Below are positions 1 to 10,709 of a stretch of 64,000 bases of DNA, piece after piece; position 1 is the first letter of the stretch; every line of letters begins with the position of its first letter. Source of the DNA: an uncultured Anaerolineaceae bacterium (GTDB lineage: Bacteria > Chloroflexota > Anaerolineae > Anaerolineales > Anaerolineaceae); assembly GCA_964532655.1 (NCBI GenBank), contig CAZHMZ010000003.1, forward strand, positions 8-64,007, read 5' to 3'. A model generated the notes under the pieces. It was not told where the DNA came from. It was given only the letters and a program-made list of their open reading frames with translations, and searched no databases. The translations under genes and the position numbers were made by a program.

Positions 1-540
1 AATACGCGAGAAACTGGGCAGATCCCAAAACGCGATGGCGAAGATGACCTGGTTTACGCCAGGCCCCAGCATGGACACCAGCCAGATGGCGAATATGATA
101 CCTGGGAAAGCCAGAATGAGATCCATGAACCGCATGATCAGGCCATCTACAAACCCACCGGTATAACCTGATAACAATCCCAGAGGAACACCGGTAATCA
201 GGCTCAGGAAAACGGCTGCAAGGCCAATCCAAAGGCTTACCTTACCGCCGTACATGATTCTGGTGTAGACGTCTCGCCCCATGGCGTCAGTCCCAAACCA
301 GTGATCGCTGGAAGGACCCTGCAAGCGTGACTTCGCATCCAGTTTGATCGGATCGAAGGTGGTGATTTGCTCTGCAAAAAAGGCGGTCAGAATGATCAAA
401 ATCATCACCGCCAGAGCCACCAGAGCGATCCGGTTATGGCTGAAGCGTGCCATGGCCAGTTGAAAGGGAGTCTTCTCCTTTGGCACGCCGGGGTCTTTGT
501 ACTCGTTAGTTGTATCGGATACGAGGGTCAACGTAAGCAT
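1..540 (-). CDS. ABC transporter permease, DppC/OppC family (N-terminal part; gene runs off window start)
   Basis: Own minus-strand translation from ATG at 540-538: MLTLTLVSDTTNEYKDPGVPKEKTPFQLAMARFSHNRIALVALAVMILIILTAFFAEQITTFDPIKLDAKSRLQGPSSDHWFGTDAMGRDVYTRIMYGGKVSLWIG... This is a typical OppC-type N-terminus. It is missing from the ORF track because the window edge truncates it. It is third in line after the SBP and DppB-like genes. Confidence 0.85.
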   Translation of the reverse strand, partial: MLTLTLVSDTTNEYKDPGVPKEKTPFQLAMARFSHNRIALVALAVMILIILTAFFAEQITTFDPIKLDAKSRLQGPSSDHWFGTDAMGRDVYTRIMYGGKVSLWIGLAAVFLSLITGVPLGLLSGYTGGFVDGLIMRFMDLILAFPGIIFAIWLVSMLGPGVNQVIFAIAFWDLPSFSRI

Positions 541-1432
541 ACATCACATCCACTAGGATATTTACACCGAGGTAGGTAAACGCGGTGAATAGAATGGTCC
601 CTTGAATTACAGGGTAATCGCGGTTATTGATGGCATTGATGATCAATGTTCCCATGCCAGGTAAACCAAAAATATTTTCGGTTACAACGGCTCCACCCAG
701 CAGGCCGCCGATCTGAAAACCGGCAACCGTGATGATGGGAACCAGCGCATTGCGCATGGCGTGTTTCAAAACGACCCCGGTCTCCAATAAACCTTTGGCG
801 CGGGCGGTTCGAATATATTCTGAGTTAAGCACTTCCAGCATGGAAGAGCGGACAAGCCTGGCGAGGGTGGAAGCTGAACCCAGCGAAAGCGTGATAGCCG
901 GGAGAATCCAGCCGGTGGCGGTCTTCATGTTGCCTTGAACCGGCAGAATGTTCAACCAGACGGCGAACATCAAAATCAGCATCAGTCCCAACCAGAAGGT
1001 GGGCAGCGAGGCAAATGTAACGGTCAGAATACGGGTAACGTTATCGATCCATGTATCGTGGAAGTAGGAGGTAATCACCCCCACCGTAACCCCCAGTACC
1101 ATGGATATGATGAAACAGTAAAAGGTCAACCGGATGGTGACGGGATAAGCAGCTACAACACGATCCGTCACAGGTAACCCGGTGAAAATCGAATTTCCCA
1201 AATCGCCTTTCATGGCGTTTTGGAGAAAAATAAAGAACTGCATGTAAAGCGGTTTATCCAGCCCCTGGTTTTTTCGAAGGGCCTCGATGGTCTCCGGCGA
1301 AGCAAAATCACCTGCCAGCGTCTGGATCGGGTCTCCAGGGACGATGGTACGCAGCATCAGGAAGACCACGCCAACCAGTACAACTGCCAGGATGATGGTT
1401 GTAAAAATGCGACGGATCAAAAAATTTATCAT
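506..1432 (-). CDS. ABC transporter permease, DppB/OppB family
   Basis: 308-aa ORF starting MINFLIRRIFTT, with multiple TM segments and the family signature YIRTARAKGL. It lies between the SBP and DppC-like genes. Confidence 0.9.
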   Translation of the reverse strand: MINFLIRRIFTTIILAVVLVGVVFLMLRTIVPGDPIQTLAGDFASPETIEALRKNQGLDKPLYMQFFIFLQNAMKGDLGNSIFTGLPVTDRVVAAYPVTIRLTFYCFIISMVLGVTVGVITSYFHDTWIDNVTRILTVTFASLPTFWLGLMLILMFAVWLNILPVQGNMKTATGWILPAITLSLGSASTLARLVRSSMLEVLNSEYIRTARAKGLLETGVVLKHAMRNALVPIITVAGFQIGGLLGGAVVTENIFGLPGMGTLIINAINNRDYPVIQGTILFTAFTYLGVNILVDVMYAYVDPRIRYN

Positions 1433-1471
1433 TCTTGTTTTACCCGGCCAAACAACTTGATCTACAGGATT

Positions 1472-1501
1472 ACAGGTAGAGGTGTTGCCACCTCTACCTG
1501 T
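1472..1501 (-). promoter_or_regulatory. Intercistronic stem-loop directly after the SBP gene (13-bp perfect stem, 4-nt loop, no U-tract)
   Basis: ACAGGTAGAGGTG-ttgc-CACCTCTACCTGT read directly, between the SBP stop (1514) and the permease start (1432). Confidence 0.6.
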
Positions 1502-1513
1502 TTCTCACAGAAA

Positions 1514-3247
1514 TTACTTAACTGGATACCAGTCGGTCCAATAGCAGCCGCCCTGGATGCTCCACTCGGTGCAGTCCACCATATCCGCGCGGTAGCCGTA
1601 GTAGTACATCGGGCTCAGCAACGGTACAAAGAAGCGGTGATCGATCAAATACTTGCTGATTTCATCGGTAGCCTGCTGGCGCAGTACCGGATCCAACTGC
1701 TGATCCTGAGCATCGAGCAAGGTGTCGAGGAAGGGATCATTCACGTGGTTGCGGTTTGAAGCGCCGATGCGGGATGAACGGAAGATGTAGGTGGTGATAT
1801 CGGGGGTGGTCATGGCATAGCCCCAATAGATCATCTGATGTGAACCTTCAGCGGTCTTCTGGCGCATTAGGGTCGAATCCACGGTCATGATGTGGGTTTC
1901 GATACCAATGGCAGCCAGTTGGGACTGCAGGGTTTCGGCCATGCGCTGATTGGTAGGATCAACGGGGGTCATCAGTTCATAAGACATCTTCTTGCCGGGG
2001 TTCGGGCTGGTAGCAGGTTCTTCCCGGATGCCATCGCCGTCGGTATCGACAAAGCCGAGCTCATCCAGCATAGCCATGGCTTTTGCGGGGTCATCGCTGG
2101 TCAGCTTGCCGTAATCGTCCATCTCGGCTCTCCAACCAATGTTGCCTTTGCCCAGCGGCTGGTACAGTTCGATTGCTGCGCCTTCGAAGGCGATCAGGTT
2201 CAGTTCTTCACGGTTGACAGCGTAAGCAATAGCCTGGCGAACGCCTTCTTCGGTGAAGGGATAATACTGGTTGTTCATGCCCAAATACTGGGTATCGGTG
2301 CCCTCGGCCTCAATGATCTTGACATTGGCGTTGGAGCGGGCCTGCTCGAGGTACTGAGCAGGGATGGGAGCCCACTGGATTTCACCGGTTTCCAGAGCAG
2401 CATAGATCACGGCTTCGTCGTTCATGTACTTGAGAACAAGTTCGTCGAACTGGACGGGGCCGGCATTATGAGCGTATTGTGAGGCATAGGTGTAAGCCGG
2501 GTTCGCTGCATAGGTGATCGAAACATCGGGGATGATTTCTTCCACGGTGTAGGGGCCGGCAGAGGTCAAAGCATTGGCGTATTCCACAGGGCCCATGGCT
2601 TCATAGGCGGTGGGGCTGGCAAGTTCTTTGCCGGCGATCTCATCCATGAACATGGCCCAGGGAGCCTTCAAGTTGACTTTGAAGGTCAGGTCGTCGATGA
2701 TTTCAACGTTGTCGATGAAATCGCGCATGGTTCCGCCACCAGGAGAGGCCAGTTCGGGATCCAGGTATTTGTCGAAGTTCCATTTGATAGCTTCGGCATT
2801 GACCGGGGTACCATCGGTGAAGGTGATGCCATCTTTCAGTTTGATGGTGGCGCTCATGTTGTCCTCAGCGAATTCCCAGCTCTCGGCCAGGACACCACCA
2901 AAGTTCTTCAGATCCAGCGAGTAATCCCACAGGGTGGCGAATACTGCGTAGGCAGGATTGGCGTGCCAGGCATTGGTGAAGGGATCCAGCGAGGTGTAGT
3001 TGCCGCTCTCAACCAGGACCAGTTGGGTCGGGCCGGTTGATTCGGCAGCGGCTTCGGTGGCTGCAGGGGCTTCGGTGGCTGCGGCTTCTTCAGCCGGGGC
3101 CTCGGTGGCTGCGGCTTCTTCAGCCGGGGCTTCGGTGGCTGCCGGTTCTTCAACGGCAGGGGCTTCGGTGGCTGCGGGGGCGCAAGCTGCAAAAAGCATA
3201 CTTGCAACCATCAACAGGCCGAACAGTACAAATAAACCTTTTTTCAT
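1514..3247 (-). CDS. ABC transporter substrate-binding protein, family 5 (peptide/nickel/opine type), probable lipoprotein
   Basis: The ORF extends to 3334. The internal start MKKGLFVLFGLLMVASMLFAAC (ATG at 3247, GGAGAAAGAG just upstream) gives a signal peptide plus lipobox Cys. A long Ala/Glu/Pro/Thr linker is followed by an SBP_bac_5-like body. Confidence 0.9.
   Translation of the reverse strand: MKKGLFVLFGLLMVASMLFAACAPAATEAPAVEEPAATEAPAEEAAATEAPAEEAAATEAPAATEAAAESTGPTQLVLVESGNYTSLDPFTNAWHANPAYAVFATLWDYSLDLKNFGGVLAESWEFAEDNMSATIKLKDGITFTDGTPVNAEAIKWNFDKYLDPELASPGGGTMRDFIDNVEIIDDLTFKVNLKAPWAMFMDEIAGKELASPTAYEAMGPVEYANALTSAGPYTVEEIIPDVSITYAANPAYTYASQYAHNAGPVQFDELVLKYMNDEAVIYAALETGEIQWAPIPAQYLEQARSNANVKIIEAEGTDTQYLGMNNQYYPFTEEGVRQAIAYAVNREELNLIAFEGAAIELYQPLGKGNIGWRAEMDDYGKLTSDDPAKAMAMLDELGFVDTDGDGIREEPATSPNPGKKMSYELMTPVDPTNQRMAETLQSQLAAIGIETHIMTVDSTLMRQKTAEGSHQMIYWGYAMTTPDITTYIFRSSRIGASNRNHVNDPFLDTLLDAQDQQLDPVLRQQATDEISKYLIDHRFFVPLLSPMYYYGYRADMVDCTEWSIQGGCYWTDWYPVK
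3059..3187. repeat. In-frame tandem repeat (30-nt period) encoding the (T)EAPAEEAAA linker of the SBP
   Basis: The core gcttcggtggctgc recurs about 5 times. Two near-identical 30-nt units start at 3075 and 3105. The peptide reads TEAPAEEAAATEAPAEEAAATEAPAATEAAAE. Confidence 0.8.
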
Positions 3248-3360
3248 TTCTCTTTCTCCTAACATAAATTGAACGAATGGTAGTCTACCCGGTAACGATA
3301 AGATATGAAGGTCATGATCTATCCTTGTGGGCACACCTCCTCATGGATACAGACCCTGGC

Positions 3361-4269
3361 CTAACTGTAAGCCTCGTACGCAGCCAGGGCAATTTCGCCC
3401 ATCGCGGTTTCCAACTCAAACACCGATTGACGGGCCAGCTTCGTATCCTCCAGCGGTTCCTTAAGAGCGAACTCGCTCAGGATCACGTGGGAATTGTCGT
3501 TTACATAAATGATTCCGGCATCGTTCCGGGTGGCGCCAATGGTGCCTGTCTTGTGGGCTACCAGAGTGCCGTTGGGCAGGAAGCGGGGAATCCGGTCATT
3601 CAACTGCTGGTGGAAGAGAATATCCAGCGCGTAATCGCTCCACTGGCGGTTGGGTGCTTTCCCGTCATAGATGAGCTGGAGCAGATTGGTCATGTCGATG
3701 GGAGTGCTGACATTGTTTTCAGGAGAGAGTGCGGTAATGCGGCCGGTGCGGGGACCTTCGAACTCGTCGAGTTTTTCACGCATCAGGCGGTAGATCTCTT
3801 TGATGTCTTTGTTGGGATTGGTATCCGGCATGATCTCTGCGAACAGCTCGCGGATGTTCATGGTGATGTGGATATCCTTTAAGCCCAATGAACGCATCCG
3901 GTTGACGATATTCTCTTTCCCAAGCCGGTTGATCAGGATGTCGGTGGCGGTGTTATCAGAAATGATGATCATGAACATCATCAAATCCCGCACGGTGGGG
4001 GTCAGTCCCTCTTCGAAGAACACCAGCACGCCGCTCGGGAAGTTTTTATCCGAATTGAGCAAAGTCCAACGATCAGACGGTTTAATCTGCCCTTCAGACA
4101 GGCGATAGCACATTTCAACCAGTACGGGAATTTTAACTACGCTGGCCAGTGGAAAATACTGATCCGCATTGACCAATACCTCTTCACCACTTTCAATATG
4201 ACGAAGAGCAATCCCAAATTTTGCGCCGCTTTTTTCAATAATTGAGTGAATTTTTTGTTCCAGATTCAT
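3361..4269 (-). CDS. Class A beta-lactamase-fold serine hydrolase (no signal peptide)
   Basis: 302 aa. It has the three class A motifs in order and with expected spacing: S-V-V-K (ASVVKIP), S-D-N (ISDNTATD) and K-T-G (AHKTGT). The N-terminus MNLEQKIHSIIEKSG is not hydrophobic. Confidence 0.8.
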   Translation of the reverse strand: MNLEQKIHSIIEKSGAKFGIALRHIESGEEVLVNADQYFPLASVVKIPVLVEMCYRLSEGQIKPSDRWTLLNSDKNFPSGVLVFFEEGLTPTVRDLMMFMIIISDNTATDILINRLGKENIVNRMRSLGLKDIHITMNIRELFAEIMPDTNPNKDIKEIYRLMREKLDEFEGPRTGRITALSPENNVSTPIDMTNLLQLIYDGKAPNRQWSDYALDILFHQQLNDRIPRFLPNGTLVAHKTGTIGATRNDAGIIYVNDNSHVILSEFALKEPLEDTKLARQSVFELETAMGEIALAAYEAYS

Positions 4270-4541
4270 ACAGGTTCCCTTCCATGCCGATAGTATTGTA
4301 GAACGCTAAAGTGAAGCCAGAAAAATCGATGAATTTGGGTTATTATGAAATCGTTTACAGAACGTGCAGACGTAGTAAATTTACCATGAATCGGGAGAAA
4401 TGCCAACCTTGAATTTAATATTGAATTTTTCCCTGCAAGAAATCTCGTTGAAGGTTGTTTTTCGTCTTTAAATGAAGAAAACGTGTATTATACTTTTGGT
4501 CATCTCTATATCCGAAATTTTGATCGATACAGGTGAATATC

Positions 4542-5588
4542 ATGCGCGCAGCAATCTATGATCAGTTCCAAAAGCCGATTTCCGTGCAAAACGTTCCTGA
4601 CCCTGAACCCACCGAAGATGGTGTGGTATTGCAGGTGATGGCAACCGGGTTGTGTCGTTCTGACTGGCACGGCTGGATGGGTCACGATTCTGATATCCAT
4701 CTGCCACACGTTCCGGGGCACGAACTGGCTGGTATTATCTCTGCCACCGGTAAAAAGGTGACTCGCTGGAAAGTGGGCGATCGGGTAACCCTGCCGTTTG
4801 TGTGCGGCTGTGGTGTATGCCCGCAGTGCATCTCTGGCAACCAGCAGGTCTGTGATCATCAGTTCCAGCCGGGCTTTACACATTGGGGTTCCTTTGCCGA
4901 ATACACCGCCATCCACTATGCCGATACCAATTTGGTCAGACTGCCTGAATCCATTGATTTCACCACCGCGGCCAGCCTGGGCTGCCGATTTGTCACCTCT
5001 TTTCGGGCTGTAGTGGATCAGGGGAAGGTGAAAGCCGGTGAGTGGCTGGCTGTACACGGCTGCGGCGGAGTGGGTCTGTCGGCCATCATGATCGCGGCGG
5101 CAGCCGGCGCCAATGTGATTGCCGTGGATATTGGCGAGGATAAATTACAGCTTGCCCGCGAACTGGGCGCCGGTTGGACCGTGAACGCTCGCGTGAACCC
5201 GGATGTCCCGGCTGCCATCAAAGAAATCAGTCAGGGCGGCGCACATGTGTCGATCGACGCGTTGGGTAGCCTGACCACCTGTTTCAACTCCATCGCCTGT
5301 TTACGCAAGCGCGGACGCCATGTTCAGGTGGGGCTGATGACGGCCGATGAGCACCATCCCCCCATTCCAATGGATAAAGTGGTGGCCCACGAACTGGAAA
5401 TCTACGGCTCACACGGCATCCAGGCATACCGCTATCCCGCCCTGATCGAGATGATTGAGAGCGGAAAGCTGCATCCCGAGAAGATGGTGAAACGCACCGT
5501 CAGTCTGGACGAGGCGGCAGTAGAACTCACCCTCATGGACAAATTTGCCGGAACCGGCGTGACGGTGATCACGCGCTTTTCGGCCTGA
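4542..5588 (+). CDS. Zinc-dependent alcohol dehydrogenase (MDR family)
   Basis: The ORF starts at GTG 4533. ATG 4542 sits 6 nt after AGGTG. Zn-ADH motifs are GLCRSDWH, the GHE catalytic-zinc ligand and the CGCGVCPQC structural-zinc cluster. The nucleotide-fold motif is GCGGVG. Confidence 0.9.
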   Translation: MRAAIYDQFQKPISVQNVPDPEPTEDGVVLQVMATGLCRSDWHGWMGHDSDIHLPHVPGHELAGIISATGKKVTRWKVGDRVTLPFVCGCGVCPQCISGNQQVCDHQFQPGFTHWGSFAEYTAIHYADTNLVRLPESIDFTTAASLGCRFVTSFRAVVDQGKVKAGEWLAVHGCGGVGLSAIMIAAAAGANVIAVDIGEDKLQLARELGAGWTVNARVNPDVPAAIKEISQGGAHVSIDALGSLTTCFNSIACLRKRGRHVQVGLMTADEHHPPIPMDKVVAHELEIYGSHGIQAYRYPALIEMIESGKLHPEKMVKRTVSLDEAAVELTLMDKFAGTGVTVITRFSA

Positions 5589-5613
5589 TTTTTCGGCTCA
5601 CACCGGATAAAAC

Positions 5614-5656
5614 CCACGCCCGCAAAAATGACGAAGTTGCGGGTGTGGAAATTTTC
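5614..5656 (+). terminator. Probable rho-independent terminator after the adh-like gene
   Basis: 12-bp stem CCACGCCCGCAA/TTGCGGGTGTGG (one G-U pair), 11-nt loop, followed by AAATTTTC. Confidence 0.5.
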
Positions 5657-5681
5657 ATTTAAAGATGAGGTTCTCTTATAA

Positions 5682-5711
5682 GGGCCCTGCTGACAGGGGC
5701 CCTGCTGACAG
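5682..5711. repeat. Two tandem copies of a 15-mer GGGCCCTGCTGACAG immediately upstream of a -35 box
   Basis: Read directly. Each unit contains the short inverted repeat CCTG..CAGG. Confidence 0.7.
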
Positions 5712-5718
5712 GGGCTCC

Positions 5719-5747
5719 TTGACGTACTCCCCAACCTAATGTAATAT
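5719..5747 (+). promoter_or_regulatory. Sigma70-type promoter candidate TTGACG-17-TAATAT
   Basis: -35 at 5719-5724, 17-nt spacer, -10 at 5742-5747. The predicted transcription start falls about at ATG 5755. Confidence 0.5.
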
Positions 5748-5754
5748 GACGTAG

Positions 5755-7026
5755 ATGTACCTGAAGGGCAGTAAATGGTCAATGTTAAAAAAGCGTCGCC
5801 GTGCCAATCCTTGGCGGGTGATGACGCTTTTATTACTGGTTGGAGCGGCGGTTTATGTAAACCAGATCATCGTTCCGGCCACCCCGCCCCTGTTTGTTCC
5901 CACGCCAACGGCTACACGCTCACCTGAGTCTTTTGTGGCGGATGCGGAAGCTATGCTGGCTGATGGAAAAATCGCTCCCGCTATTGACGCTTATTATGAA
6001 GCCATTCGCGCCGATCCCCGCAACGCATCCAACTACATCGTTCTGTCACGCCTGTTGATCTACAACGCCAGGTATGATGAAGCCATTGAGAATGCGGCCA
6101 ACGCCCTGCTGATCAATCCTAATAACTCAATGGCTCTGGCGCTGCAGGGGTGGGCAATGGGTTTTAATGGCGAGTATTTTGATGCAGCCTCCACGCTGAA
6201 AAAAGCCATTTCGGCGGATCCCAATAACTACGCGGCATTCGCTTACCTGGCCGAAGTGTATGCGCTGCAGATTCAGGCCGGCGAAGATGAACTGAGCACG
6301 CTCGATTATGCAGTGGAAGCCTCGCGCACGGCTCAAACCCTCAATCCCAACGCTCTCGAAACACTGCGCTCCCGTGGCGTGATCCTGGAACTGACCGGTA
6401 ATTATGAAGAAGCAGCCGTTCAATTTGAAGCGGCTGTGAATCAAAACCCCAACATCGCCGATCTTCATCTGGCGCTGGGGAGGAATTACCGCTATCTGAC
6501 CGAATATGATAAATCGGTAGAAGAGTTCAACCGGGCCAATGCGCTAAACCCGTCTGATCCGCTGCCTGATCTGTATATCTCACGTACCTACCTGACCGTG
6601 GGTGAAATTGCCAAGGCCATTCAGTATGCCGAGCAAGCCCTGAAAGATGATCCCATCGATCCCTTCCTGTACGGCAACCTGGGCAGCATGTATTACCGGA
6701 ACGAACAGTACAGTGAGGCCATCAAATACTTCCGGATCGGCATCCAGGGCGGGTTGAGTGAAAATGGCGAGGTGGTTGAAGGTCTGCCGCTCGATGCCGG
6801 TCGGGTCTCGGAATATTACCAGTACTTTGGCCTGTCGCTGGCTCGCAATGCCGAGTGCGGCGATGCCATTCAGATTGCCCAGATCCTGAAAGAAGGGCAA
6901 AAAGACGACGAATACGCGGTTTATAACGCCGATGAAATGATCAACATCTGCCAGGGGTTTGTCGACAACCCACCAACGCCCTCTCCCACCGTACTCGAGG
7001 TTCCCAGTCAAACCCCCACGCCATAA
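5755..7026 (+). CDS. Membrane-anchored TPR-repeat protein
   Basis: 423 aa. It has a basic N-terminus, one TM segment (VMTLLLLVGAAVYV), a PTPTATR motif and then many TPR-like repeats (A..Y...I..DP.N). An alternative start is ATG 5782. Confidence 0.85.
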   Translation: MYLKGSKWSMLKKRRRANPWRVMTLLLLVGAAVYVNQIIVPATPPLFVPTPTATRSPESFVADAEAMLADGKIAPAIDAYYEAIRADPRNASNYIVLSRLLIYNARYDEAIENAANALLINPNNSMALALQGWAMGFNGEYFDAASTLKKAISADPNNYAAFAYLAEVYALQIQAGEDELSTLDYAVEASRTAQTLNPNALETLRSRGVILELTGNYEEAAVQFEAAVNQNPNIADLHLALGRNYRYLTEYDKSVEEFNRANALNPSDPLPDLYISRTYLTVGEIAKAIQYAEQALKDDPIDPFLYGNLGSMYYRNEQYSEAIKYFRIGIQGGLSENGEVVEGLPLDAGRVSEYYQYFGLSLARNAECGDAIQIAQILKEGQKDDEYAVYNADEMINICQGFVDNPPTPSPTVLEVPSQTPTP

Positions 7027-7037
7027 ATGGGTAAGGC

Positions 7038-8393
7038 ATGAATTTATCCGGAAAACAACTTGAGTTTCGTAAAACCGGCGCACGCTCCAATCCGGCCCGT
7101 GTGATGGTTTTGCTCCTGCTGGTGGTGATCAGCATGTTTGCCATCCGCGCCAAACTGGATGAAAAAATCGTCTCACCGTATGCCCCTACTCCCACAGCCA
7201 CGCGCGGTGCTTCATCTTATGTATTGGAAGGGGAGACACATTTTTCGGCGGGCGATCTCGACAAAGCCATTCAATCCTACATTAATGCCATCGCCCTGGA
7301 TGATCAAAACCATCAGTTATGGTATGAACTGGCGCGTATCCGCACCTATTCATCACAACTACTCACCACCGATGAGCAGCAGCTTGCCCGCCTGCAGGAA
7401 GCCCTGGAAGCAGTGGATCGGGCAGTTGAACTGGCTCCCGAAGACAGCTCGGCGCATGCCATTCGCTCTTTTGTTCTGGATTGGCTGTCCAGCTCATCAT
7501 TGATCACAAAAGAAGAAGCCGGCGCGTATCTTACTCAGGCTGAACAGGAAGCCGTGCAGGCTTTGCAGTTGGATAACACCAATACCCTGGCGCTGGCCTA
7601 TTATGCGGAGATTTTGGTCGACCAGCAGAAATGGTCGCAGGCCGAGCAGTACGTCAATCAGGCCTTAGAACGAAACCCCGACTCGATGGATGTGCAGCGT
7701 ATTATGGCGTATACCAAAGAATCGATGGGTGATTATCTGGGCGCGATCGAATCCTATCAAAAGGCCGTCGAAATCATGCCCAACCTGACGTTTCTGTATA
7801 TCCGCATCGGTCTGAACTACCGCGTGCTGGCCTTAAGAGATTCAGAAAGCTCACCTTACTACCCCATCGCCCTGGAATATTTTGCCAAAGCCGCAGCCAT
7901 CAATGAGGGCCTGGGGGTTAACGACCCCATCCCTTATATTGCCCTGGGAAAAACCTATGCGCAATTAGGTGGGTTCTATGCCGCCTCGCTGAACATGCTG
8001 CATGCTGTTCAAATTGACCCCTACAGCCCGGATGTCTACGGGCAACTGGGCATCGTTTACTTCAAGTCACGCAACTATGAAAGCGCCATTGAAGCGCTCA
8101 AATGCGCCATTCGCGGATGCACCGCCGAAGAAAGCTGCACCGTACGCCAGTGCAACGAGGAGACCGACCCGGAGATTGTGATTACCGGTATGCCGCTCAC
8201 CGAAACCACCGAAGTGTATTATTATTCCTATGGTTCTGTGCTGGCAGCCATGCACCGCCCGTATCAGGATTACTGCACCGAAGCGGTGGCCATTTTGGAG
8301 ATGGTGCGGATCGCCTTTCCTGAAGATGTGAATGCCCAGGCGATTGTGCAGGATGGCTTCTCAATCTGCGCCTCTTATAATATCTATCCTTAG
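7038..8393 (+). CDS. Membrane-anchored TPR-repeat protein (paralogue of the preceding gene)
   Basis: 451 aa with the same layout: a basic N-terminus, a TM segment (VMVLLLLVVISMFAI), PTPTATR and TPR repeats. Confidence 0.85.
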   Translation: MNLSGKQLEFRKTGARSNPARVMVLLLLVVISMFAIRAKLDEKIVSPYAPTPTATRGASSYVLEGETHFSAGDLDKAIQSYINAIALDDQNHQLWYELARIRTYSSQLLTTDEQQLARLQEALEAVDRAVELAPEDSSAHAIRSFVLDWLSSSSLITKEEAGAYLTQAEQEAVQALQLDNTNTLALAYYAEILVDQQKWSQAEQYVNQALERNPDSMDVQRIMAYTKESMGDYLGAIESYQKAVEIMPNLTFLYIRIGLNYRVLALRDSESSPYYPIALEYFAKAAAINEGLGVNDPIPYIALGKTYAQLGGFYAASLNMLHAVQIDPYSPDVYGQLGIVYFKSRNYESAIEALKCAIRGCTAEESCTVRQCNEETDPEIVITGMPLTETTEVYYYSYGSVLAAMHRPYQDYCTEAVAILEMVRIAFPEDVNAQAIVQDGFSICASYNIYP

Positions 8394-8447
8394 CCATTAG
8401 ACTGTCTCGTAAAATATCAGAGAATTATTAGATTCCTGACCTTCCTC

Positions 8448-8476
8448 TTGACTTCTCTTTCAAAGGCAGGTATTAT
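8448..8476 (+). promoter_or_regulatory. Sigma70-type promoter TTGACT-17-TATTAT of groES-groEL
   Basis: -35 at 8448-8453, exactly 17-nt spacer, -10 at 8471-8476, immediately upstream of CIRCE. Confidence 0.65.
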
Positions 8477-8484
8477 TCTGGTTG

Positions 8485-8511
8485 TTAGCACTCGGGTTAT
8501 ATGAGTGCTAA
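8485..8511 (+). promoter_or_regulatory. CIRCE operator (HrcA binding site)
   Basis: TTAGCACTC-N9-GAGTGCTAA is a perfect match to the CIRCE consensus. It lies between the promoter and the groES start. Confidence 0.92.
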
Positions 8512-8551
8512 AATGTACAAATTCACAATCTTTCAAGGAGGTTTGATTTCC

Positions 8552-8839
8552 ATGAACTTGAAACCATTAGGAAACCGGGTTGTCGTAGAGCCCATCGAGC
8601 AGGAAGAAGTAACCATTGGCGGTATTGTGCTTCCTGACACCGCAAAAGAAAAACCCCAAAAAGGCAAAGTGCTGTCCATTGGCCCTGGCGATCGCGATGA
8701 AGACGGCGACCGCATCCCGTTGGATGTGGCAGTGGGCGATGTTGTGTTGTTCGCAAAGTATTCCGGAACCGAAATCAAAATCGACGGCAAGAAAATCCTG
8801 ATTCTGCGCGAAAACGATCTGCTCGCAATTGTTCAATAG
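8552..8839 (+). CDS. groES: Co-chaperonin GroES
   Basis: The ORF is over-extended to 8501. The true start [14 protein letters not shown] at ATG 8552 follows AGGAGG, giving 95 aa. Confidence 0.95.
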   Translation: MNLKPLGNRVVVEPIEQEEVTIGGIVLPDTAKEKPQKGKVLSIGPGDRDEDGDRIPLDVAVGDVVLFAKYSGTEIKIDGKKILILRENDLLAIVQ

Positions 8840-8891
8840 TTCTCAGTAACACAAAGTAAACCAATCATCCAAAACACCAGGAGTAATAAAT

Positions 8892-10526
<1,635 letters not shown>

Positions 10527-10560
10527 ATCGTTTCCGATTACTTCAAGAAATTAGTTTTTA

Positions 10561-10596
10561 AAAGCCGCTCTCTTCAAAGAGAGCGGCTTTTTTGTT
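10561..10596 (+). terminator. Rho-independent terminator after groEL
   Basis: AAAGCCGCTCTCT-tcaa-AGAGAGCGGCTTT followed by a T-run. Confidence 0.8.
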
Positions 10597-10709
10597 CTTT
10601 CAGGACAATTTTTGTCAGTTTTGCGACATACCCTGCACACTTGATTTTTCATTCAATATAATCCAAATATATCCTGTCTGTATTATCAGTAAAATAAAAA
10701 AAGGAGAAC

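Noticed and set aside
2908-3272. Pro/Lys-rich and Ala/Ser-rich ORFs (2908-3207 minus; 3000-3272 and 3037-3267 plus) over the tandem repeat. I also considered whether the repeat could be a CRISPR array.
   Set aside because: They are alternate-frame readings of the 30-nt linker repeat of the SBP. The repeat units are contiguous with no spacers and are in frame with the SBP, so this is not a CRISPR array.
3277-3882. 201-aa plus-strand ORF antisense to the beta-lactamase-fold gene
   Set aside because: The minus-strand frame carries SxxK, SDN and KTG in the correct order. The antisense ORF has none.
10664-10680. ATATCCTGT half-site resembling the island operator, upstream of the flavoprotein gene
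   Set aside because: It is a single 8/9 half-site in an AT-rich promoter with no second half. It cannot be distinguished from chance.
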